Below are positions 8,165-17,200 of a stretch of 64,000 nt of DNA, piece after piece. Position 1 is the first letter of the stretch; every line of letters begins with the position of its first letter. Both the position numbers and the translations under genes were made by a program. This stretch comes from a bacterium (GTDB taxonomy: Bacteria > Cyanobacteriota > Vampirovibrionia > Gastranaerophilales > JAILCC01), in contig JAILCC010000003.1 of the NCBI GenBank assembly GCA_024680555.1, positions 4,052 to 68,051 of the forward strand. Direction: 5' to 3'. The notes below the pieces were generated by a model. The model made no database searches. It was not told where the DNA came from and was given only the letters and a program-made list of their open reading frames with translations.

Positions 8165-10456
8165 ATGCCTACAAAGAAGAAAGCTACATCTGAAAAAACA
8201 GAAAAAAAAGAAAATACTGGCAAAGAAAACTATCTTGTGATAGTCGAGTCGCCTGCAAAATCAAAAACAATTACCAAAATGCTCGGTAATAGCTATAAAA
8301 TTTTGGCTAGTTTCGGGCATATTCGAGATTTTCCGAAAAAAGTTTTGGGTGTTGATTTAAGAAAAGATTTTGAACCTATATACGAAATTATTCCCGAAAA
8401 GAAAAAAGTCGTTGCCGAGCTTGCAAAGAGTGCAAAAGCCGCAACCAAAGTTTTTTTGGCATCAGACCCCGACCGTGAGGGAGAAGCTATTGCGTGGCAT
8501 GTTGCGCAAGTTTTGGGCGTTGATGATAATAAAATTTTAAGAATTGAATTTAACGAAATTACTCAAAAGGCTGTTTTGCATGCAGTAGAAAACCCTCGCA
8601 GTATCGATATGAACAGAGTTTATTCTCAGCAAACAAGACAAATTCTTGATAGAATTGTAGGTTACAAAATCAGTCCCGTACTGTGGGAAAAACTTCGAAA
8701 TAACAGACTCTCTGCAGGTAGGGTGCAAAGTGTTGCCCTCAAGTTAATTTGCGAAAGAGAAGAAGAAATAGAAGCATTTGTACCTGTTGAATATTGGGAA
8801 ATTGCGGCAGAGTTAACAAAACAAAATTCTTCCCACGTATTCGTTTCCGAGCTTACAAAGCATGATGACAAAAAAATTGAAATTAAAAATGAAGCGGAAG
8901 CAAATAAAATTCTTGAAGATTTGACGCAAAAAGACGTTGAATTTAAGGTTTCTAAGTTAACCAAGAAAGAAACCCAACGAAAGCCGCAACCTCCGTTTAT
9001 AACCAGTACGCTTCAAAGAGAGGCATCAAACAGGCTTGGGTACGGCGTTTCAAAGACAATGCAAGTTGCCCAAAAGCTCTATGAAGGTTTGGATTTGGGT
9101 GCAGACGGAACGGTCGGGCTTATTACATATATGAGAACCGATAGTACTCGTATTTCCGAAGATGCTCAAGCTGCCGCAAAAGAATTTATATTAAATAAAT
9201 TTGGCGATAAATATTATCCCGTAACTCCGAATATTTATACTAAAAAAGGAAGAAATGTTCAGGATGCTCACGAAGCCATTCGTCCCTCATATATTGAGCG
9301 CACTCCCGAATCCATAAAACAGTATCTTACTTCGGAACAATACAAGTTATACAAGCTTATTTGGGAACGTTTTATGGCTAGCCAAATGTCTCCTGCCAAA
9401 ATTGAAACAAATGCAGTTGAAATTGATGCTCAAGGGTACACATTCCGCATGTCTGCAAGTAAGACTTTGTTTAACGGCTTTTTAATTGTTTATGACGACA
9501 GAGAAGAAAATGAAAAAGAGGGTTCTATTCCTTCTTTTGAAAAGGGTGATGTTCTTAAACTGAAGAAGTTAATTCCGACGCAGCACTTTACTCAGCCGCC
9601 TGCAAGGTATTCTGAAGCAAGTTTGGTAAAGGTTCTTGAAGAAAAAGGAATAGGCAGACCGAGTACGTATGCGCCTATTATTTCCAAAATTCAAACCAAA
9701 AATTACATTGAAAAAGTTGATAATCGTGCACTAAAGCCGACTTTGCTCGGTAAAACAGTTAATGAACAGCTCTCAAAGCATTTTCCGAAAATTATAAATT
9801 ATGATTTTACGGCAAAAATGGAAAATAAATTGGATGAAATTGCACAAGATTCAAAAAATTGGAAGAAAACAATTTCTGATTTTTACACTCCATTTATGGA
9901 GGATGTAAATAATGCCAAAGCAAACATGGAAAAGGTTAATATTGAAACAGAGGTAAAATGTCCCAATTGTGGCAAACCAATGCTAGTCAGAACAAGCCGT
10001 TGGGGAACACAATTTTTAGGCTGCAGCGGCTATCCCGATTGCAAAACCATGATGCCGATTAACAAAAATTCAGCAGGTGAAATCGCTCCAGCACAGGATG
10101 TTAAAAGTGAGGAAAAATGCCCTGTTTGTGGCGGAACAATGATTATAAAGACAGGTCCGTATGGGCAATATTTGCAATGTGAAAATGCGTCATGCAATCA
10201 CAGGCAAAAAATTCAAGTGAAAACCGGTGTTAAGTGTCCGAAATGTGGTGGTGAAATTGTTCAGAAGAAATCACGTTACGGAAAAGTTTTCTATGCGTGT
10301 GACAATTATCCGCAATGTAATTTTGCCCTGTGGAATATGCCGACTGGTGAAAAATGCCCTGAGTGCGGTTCTTTGCTGGTGAAAAAAGTTTTAAAATCCG
10401 GCGAAAAAATTGAATGCTCAAATAAAGAATGTAAATATAAAACGACTGTAGAGTAG
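8165..10456 (+). CDS. topA: DNA topoisomerase I with C-terminal zinc-ribbon repeats
   Basis: TOPRIM start LVIVESPAKSKTITKML, DPDREGEAIAWH, a catalytic-Tyr region (ITYMRTDS), and four CxxC...CxxC ribbons in the last ~170 aa. Confidence 0.95.
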   Translation: MPTKKKATSEKTEKKENTGKENYLVIVESPAKSKTITKMLGNSYKILASFGHIRDFPKKVLGVDLRKDFEPIYEIIPEKKKVVAELAKSAKAATKVFLASDPDREGEAIAWHVAQVLGVDDNKILRIEFNEITQKAVLHAVENPRSIDMNRVYSQQTRQILDRIVGYKISPVLWEKLRNNRLSAGRVQSVALKLICEREEEIEAFVPVEYWEIAAELTKQNSSHVFVSELTKHDDKKIEIKNEAEANKILEDLTQKDVEFKVSKLTKKETQRKPQPPFITSTLQREASNRLGYGVSKTMQVAQKLYEGLDLGADGTVGLITYMRTDSTRISEDAQAAAKEFILNKFGDKYYPVTPNIYTKKGRNVQDAHEAIRPSYIERTPESIKQYLTSEQYKLYKLIWERFMASQMSPAKIETNAVEIDAQGYTFRMSASKTLFNGFLIVYDDREENEKEGSIPSFEKGDVLKLKKLIPTQHFTQPPARYSEASLVKVLEEKGIGRPSTYAPIISKIQTKNYIEKVDNRALKPTLLGKTVNEQLSKHFPKIINYDFTAKMENKLDEIAQDSKNWKKTISDFYTPFMEDVNNAKANMEKVNIETEVKCPNCGKPMLVRTSRWGTQFLGCSGYPDCKTMMPINKNSAGEIAPAQDVKSEEKCPVCGGTMIIKTGPYGQYLQCENASCNHRQKIQVKTGVKCPKCGGEIVQKKSRYGKVFYACDNYPQCNFALWNMPTGEKCPECGSLLVKKVLKSGEKIECSNKECKYKTTVE

Positions 10457-10464
10457 TGTATTTC

Positions 10465-10787
10465 GGCGTTCCCTCGGCTTCGCCTCAGTCAGCCTTGCCA
10501 AAATCCGCTTCTTGGATTATTGGCAACTCATAGAGTTTGAATTACGTTCCATTTTTACTTTCGTAAAAACTCCACTTCATAACTCTATTCGTTGTGACGG
10601 CGTGCCCTCAGCTTCGCCTCAGTCAGCCTTGCCAAAATCCGCTTCTTGGATTATTGGCAACTCATAGAGTTTGAATTACGTTCCATTTTTACTTTCGTAA
10701 AAACTCCACTTCATAACTCTATTCGTTGTGACGGCGTTCCCTCGGCTTCGCCTCAGTCAGCCTTGCCAAAATCCGCTTCTTGGATTC
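10465..10787. repeat. 134-bp tandem repeat, about 2.4 copies, visibly GC-richer than its surroundings
   Basis: Units start at 10465, 10599 and 10733 (ggcgt(t/g)ccctc(g/a)gcttcgcctcagtcagccttgccaaaatccgcttcttggatt...). They begin 9 nt after the topA stop. Only short mutually overlapping ORFs in different frames lie here. Confidence 0.9.
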
Positions 10788-11211
10788 TGCGGGCGTGCTA
10801 CGGCAGACCAAATTTTGCTCTACACTACGCAGTCGCTCATTATGCCCTTTGGGGCTAACATTCGCTATGCTCCGTGTTACTTTGGCGTTTCACTCCTACT
10901 CGTTCCTCGTGGTCGTTTCAGCCTACGCAAAATTTGGCAAAAAAAAACCGACTGTTTTTGGCTGTCGGCTAAGTCTACCACATATTAGAGAGAGGAATTA
11001 GAGAGAGAGAATTTGTTTACACACTTATTATTCCCATGTTTTTAAGTTTTTAAACATGATTTAAAAATATTGTTACAAAACTTCACAAATATAGTTTTAC
11101 CAATATCAAACATTATTTTTGTAAACTTTTGTAAAAGTTTACCTTTTAAATCTAAAGTTCTTTCGTATTGTGCCGATATAAAAAACAGAAAATTGGTAAG
11201 GTGATTTTGTC

Positions 11212-14200
11212 ATGACTGTCGAAAAAATTGGTTTTAACCCCAAAGCAAGCGGTGTTTCGGATGAAGTTAAACTTTCTCCCGCAGAAATAGAACAGCGTAA
11301 ACAACAGGCGAGTGAAATTATTGCGTTGATTGACAGACAACGTGAAATAATTAAGTTGTGCGAAAAACACTTCCAATTGGTTCAAGCGGCAAACAAAGAT
11401 AAAAAAAATAATTCACAAGCTGCTCCTGCTCGTTCAATGGGTTCGCAAAAACCTGCTTCAGCTCCACGTGGCGGAAGCGGCGGGGCTGGTATATCAGCCA
11501 ATCAAGGTTCGGGTAATGGTGGCGGCAGAGTTGTTGGTGTAACACACGGTTCCGGCAAAGCAAGTGGCAGTGGAAGTGGTGCACCCCTAACCGGTGGTGC
11601 TGTAATATCAGACGGTGCGGCATCTCCTGCCAACCCAAGTGATAAATCAGCTACATCCGGAACATCACGGCGTTATATAAAAGGTGTCGGAGGTTCATCA
11701 GGAAGATCGACCTCTTTCTCTGTTCCAAAAAGAAAATCAACAGTAAGCACCACTGGCGATGGTTCCCCAAAGTCTGGTGGTGTGCTCGGAACAACAGAAG
11801 AACAAAGACGCCTGATTGACAGAACGACTCGTTTATATAATGAAGGCAATGAACTGGAAAAGAAAAATGCTGCACTGCGAGAGCAAGTGAAGAAAGAAAC
11901 TGTAAAAAGAGATGCAGCGAGAGCGCAGGCTGCAGATGCAGATGCTATGGCTAGTGCCGCAATATCCAGAGCGAATGAAACAGTTGCTCGGCAAACACAA
12001 AGGGCAAAAGATGCTGAAACAAAGACAGATGCTATTGTTGCAGAACAAGGTAAAAGAGCACAAGAAGCAATAGCTCAGACGGCTATTGCAAGAGCAGAAT
12101 TGAAAAAAGCAAGTAGTGAAGCAAGAAAGGCTCGTTCTGAAGCCGATGAAGCAATTAAACATTCAAGGTCTGCTATTCTTGCTGCCGGACAAGATGAATT
12201 AGCTGCAAAACAACGTTTGCAGGCTGCTAAAAAAGAATTGGCAGCTTTTGAAAAGACTGCGAAAGCAAAACAAGATGCAACTTCTCAAGAAACTAAAGCG
12301 CAGCAGGAAAAACTGCAAAAACTGCAAGAACGTGTAAGTGTTTTTGAAAAAGAAGCTGCAGATGCGTTGGCAAGAAGAAAAGATGAAATTGCCAAAGAAG
12401 CGAAGGTTCGTGAAAATCTTGCACAAGCAGAAGCACAACTAAAAGAAAAACAAGCACAACTCTTAGAGGCGATGGTTCAAGAAGAAAGTGGCAAGAAAAA
12501 TATTGAAAATCTTCGCCAAGTTGCCGAACAATTACGTGAAGAGGCAAAGAATGCCAATGCAGATGTTGCCAAGGCAAAAGAATTAGCAGAACAAAAACGC
12601 CAAGAGGCGGATAAATATATTGCAAATGCGCAAAAATTGGCGCAAGAAATTAAAGACAGTGCGCTTGCCGAAGCCGAAATTACACGTGCCGGAGCTAAAA
12701 AAGAGGCGCAACAAATAATTGACGATGCAACTTCCAATGCTTCAACCATAGTTCAAGGAGCAAAGGATAAGGCTACTCAAATTCAAAATGAAGCTGATAT
12801 ATCCGCAAAAGCAAAACTTGATGATGCTCAAAAACATGCAGACCAACTTATGGAAAATGCCAGAAAGAATGCAACCACTGTAGAGTCTGATGCAGCTAAA
12901 AATGCAGAAGGAATGCTTCAAAATGCCCAAAACGAAAGAGCGGCCGCAAAGGCAGACAGAGCTAAAGCTGCAGAAGAAAGAAAAGCTGCTGAAGAAAACA
13001 GCGGTGCTGCTAAGGCTGACAGAGATAAAGCGGCTAAAGATAGACAGGTTGCAGAAAACGAACGTAAAGAGGCAGAAGCTGCTCATCGACAAGCGGAAGA
13101 AGAAAAAAGGTTAGCAGAAGAAAACAAAGGTGCAGCAAAGGCAGACAGAGCTAAAGCTGCAGAAGAAAGAAAGGCTGCCGAAGAAAATAAAGATGCCGCA
13201 AAGGCAGACAGAGATAAAGCTGCTGAAGAAAGAAAGGCTGCTGAAGAAAATAGCGATGCTGCAAAAGCAGACAGAGATAAAGCGGCTGAAGAAAGAAAGG
13301 CTGCCGAAGAAAATAAAGATGCCGCAAAGGCAGACAGAGATAAAGCTGTTGAAGAAAGAAAGGCTGCTGAAGAAAATAAAGATGCTGCAAAAGCAGACAG
13401 AGATAAAGCTGCTGAAGAAAGAAAGGCTGCCGAAGAAAATAAAGATGCCGCAAAGGCAGACAGAGATAAAGCTGCTGAAGAAAGAAAGGCTGCTGAAGAA
13501 AATAGCGATGCTGCAAAAGCAGACAGAGATAAAGCGGCTAAAGATAGACAAGTTGCAGAAAACGAACGTAAAGAGGCAGAAGCTGCTCGTCAGCAAGCGG
13601 AAGAAGAAAAAAGATTAGCTGAAGAAAATAAAATTCAAACTGAAAAAGATAAAAAAGCTGCTGAAGATGCGCTTAAAGAAGCAGAAGCAAAGAGAGCCGC
13701 AGCTGAAAATGCTGCCCAAGAACATGCGCCTGAGCAAGAAACTCAATCTGTACCATCAGAACAAAAAACTCAAGAACAAATGCCTGCCCAAAATCCTTCC
13801 GATATGGAGTCAGATACTCCGTTTGATCCATTGCTCGATACAGATTATTCCGGATATAATCCTTCACAAAATACGGTAGTAGCGGATGGAATGGTGATTA
13901 TCAGCGATTTACCTAACGGATATAGCTCAGAAGGCGTAAGAGGTGTATCATATTCTGATTATACAAGAGTAACGAATAAGCTTATTGAAAGATTGGCTGT
14001 GGCTCCCAAGCAAGCGGCTGATTCTGCTGAGCAAAATCCTGCAGTGGTCAAGATGGTAATGATGTCTCAGGACGGTAAACCATGTGCAAAATATTCCGGA
14101 CTGTATGAAAATCTTGATTCAGAAGCGTTAAATGATTTATTCCAAAATTTCTTGTCGGGTAAAGAGCAGTTGCCCCCGGGACATTCTTTATTCCTTGGTG

Positions 14201-17200
14201 CAAAAAGCAAAGATGGTACGGGACAATATTTACAAGTTCAAACAAATCAATTCGGAACTGTTGCAGCTAGCATTCATGTTAATACAGCTAGTCTGGACAA
14301 TGATGATTTGAATAAGGCTATTGCTGCTTTAGGACTTGATAACGGAAATCCGGATGCTTTGGAACGTTCTACAAATATGTGCTCTGTTGTTACGAATGAC
14401 GGCAATTCAGTTATTGCTGCATTCGTCGGTAATAAATCTCAAGGGATTTCACCGGAAATGCTTGCAAATGAGCAAGAACGTGTCGCTGGCGAGGCACAAA
14501 AAGCACTTGAAAAAGCAGGAAAACAACCTCGACTTACATTTGGTGAAGATGATGCAAGTCTTTCCTCAGATGCTTCCGATTTGTCTGCAGGAGAGGGTTT
14601 GACTGTAGTTGTAGAAAACGAATCATCTGAGCCGAAATATGCTTCACCTGATTCAAACGGAACGGGCGGAAATATAGACTGCGTGAATGGCGTGCGTTCT
14701 AACGGACCTGCGTATTATTTGCCGCCAAATCCCGAATTGGTTGAAAACTTTAATAATGCCCTTGTGAAATACGGTATAAAAGAATTAGAGCCTAAGCCGG
14801 CTTATATTGAAAGAACGCAAGGCTCAGTAAAAGGTGAACGTGTCATGACTGCTTATTATGACAACAAGTCGCCTCAAGCAATTTATTCAATGAGACCTGG
14901 CGGTAAAATTGCGATTGCTACATTTAATAGAGATGGTTCACCTGTTGAAATGGGCGAGTTCGGACGTGATGGTTCTCAAATTTATCGTAAATATTATGAT
15001 TCCGGAAAAATCCAGGAAGAACGTGTTTTGGCATCTGATGATAGCCGTGATATTAAAAAATATTATGAAAATGGTTTTATTCAGTCGCATGAAGTCACCG
15101 GTACTGATGGAAAAGGACAATTGGAACGTTATTCCGACAAAGAAGAGGGCAAAGTTGTGTCAAAAGAACGTGCCTTTTCTCCTAAGTATGCAGCTGCTCG
15201 TCTATGGGAAGCAATTGAATGTTTGGATGGTGTTTCTGACGAGTTTACCCAAGTTCGCAGACATGAAGGTGTTGTTTCAGATTGCATGAACGGCATTATT
15301 GGTTTCTTTGGCGGTACGACCAGAGAAGATGTTGATGATGCAATTTCAAGAGATTACCAAAAATGGTTTAAGCTTCAAAGATCTGCTGAAAATGGCGATA
15401 TGGGTACATTTAAATCTGAGTATAAACGACTTACCGGAGTTGATTTCAATATAGAAACATTTGATAATTTGAACGAGCAAAGACAAAAATTACAAATTGC
15501 TGCGCAAGTTCAGCGTTTTCAAAGCATTAGAGATACCCTCAAAAATGATGAAAGATCAAACGTTTCTCGAGGAATTACTGTGGGTTATACCGTTATCCAC
15601 AGAGACGGTAATTATAACTTAGATACTTGCGCTAAGGATAATCCGGCAGAATATATGTTTTCTCCGTTAGAAAATGCGCTGATGAAAACTTATAATAATG
15701 ACAAAGAAGCTTGTTTGAACTGGATAAATTTAAGAACAAACGCATTGGGCTTGCAAGGCAAATCACGTGAGGAAATATATCATGCACTTGTAAATGATTT
15801 TGTTCAAACTGCAGACTCAATGATTGGTAGTTTGAATAAACAATCCGGCGGAGTATCGTACGAACAAGCTGAAAAGAATTATCAAGATGCTATTGTCCGT
15901 GCTTTTGGATATAGTGTTCCGAAAGAAAAACTTGCTGATTACACTTCAAATCAAGCCATAGCCAAGGGCGTACTCAATATGGGCGTTCTTATCGGCGCAA
16001 GTATGTTTATGGGACCTGCAGGTGTGGCACTTTTAGCCGGTTCAATTTCGTTGGCAGAAAAAGCGACTGATGCTGATGGTATGACCGGAAAAGAATGGCT
16101 GCAAGTTGGTGGCGAAGTTGCTCTGAACTATGCAGGCTTTAAAGCATTTGAAGTTGCGGCAGGTGCTTCTACCGCATACGCCGAAAGCTATCTTTTGAAA
16201 CATGGTTTGAAAGAAATTACCTCAAAAGCCGTAGCCAAAGGTGTCGGAAATACTGTAGGCGGTTTTGCCGCAGGTGAAGTTATGGGCACAGGCGGTGCTA
16301 TTATGGCAGGCGAAACTGATTTGATGAACATTCTTAAACAAGGGCTTGTCGGCGGTGCGGAAGGTGCGGCATTTGCAATTGGATTCTCAGCTCTGCATAG
16401 TGCATGTAAGGCACTCAAAGGGCAAAATAAAGCTAACATTACGGCATCGCAAAATAGTTTGATTGAGGCACTTGAAAAAGAAGCATCTCCTGCAGGCAAG
16501 CAGTTGGCTCAAAGAGTCAGACAGGAAGGACTTTCCAAAAAATTGCTCAATGACATTTGTGAACAAATGGAAAAAGAAAGTAGAACTTGGGTATCAAGTG
16601 GTGAGTCAAGAGCAGCAGCGAAAGAGCTTTTGACTAGAATGAAAGCTTCATTAAAAGATTTGCCTGATGCTCCGGCAGTTCCGGCTCGTAAACCGTCAAA
16701 CGAAATAGACATGATGCCGAAATGGATGAAAGAAAAACTTACAAGCGGTCATGACATTCCTGCCAAACCCGAAACAATTAAATGTATTAAAGATAATTTA
16801 TTTGAGTTTGAAGATATTATTGGCGGAAAAGGCACAATTAAGATAAATCCAGATGGCTCTTTATCAATTAATGTACAGCATGTTGAGAATGGTCAGGTAC
16901 TAAAATCAAGATTCTTGTATGATGGGAACGGAACAAGAATTCCTGATGCTTCTTTGGTCGGTAAAAACAGCATTGATCCTGCGTTGGTTGAACATTTAAA
17001 TGCTAATGCCGCTCAGATAATGGGTGCAAAACACAAAGGCGTTATAAAAAGACTAGAAGATTCTTTGCGTGAAAAAGGTTTTTCTGTTGAAAAAGATTCA
17101 TTGAAATGCTGGTACAGGAAGAGATTTTCATTCAAAGATGCAGACGGCTTAGAAATACAAGTTAAGAAAAATGCTGACAACACATATACAATTTCCGCAA

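Noticed and set aside
6884-10787. Possibility that the 64-bp or 134-bp repeats are CRISPR arrays
   Set aside because: The units abut directly with no unique spacers. The unit lengths are atypical, there are only about 2.4 copies, and no cas genes are in the window.
10646-11001. Three overlapping plus-strand ORFs (10646-10858, 10728-10988, 10780-11001)
   Set aside because: They overlap each other in different frames, span tandem-repeat units, and have no RBS or motifs. The region is better explained as non-coding repeat sequence.
12742-13618. Multiple long ORFs on both strands and in other frames over the 63-bp repeat array (e.g. 13111-13596 minus, 13130-13618 plus, 13151-13516 minus)
   Set aside because: They are artefacts of a periodic, stop-poor repeat. 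Their translations are monotonous (FFSS..., KKERL...), and they are fully nested in the uninterrupted 8.7-kb frame.
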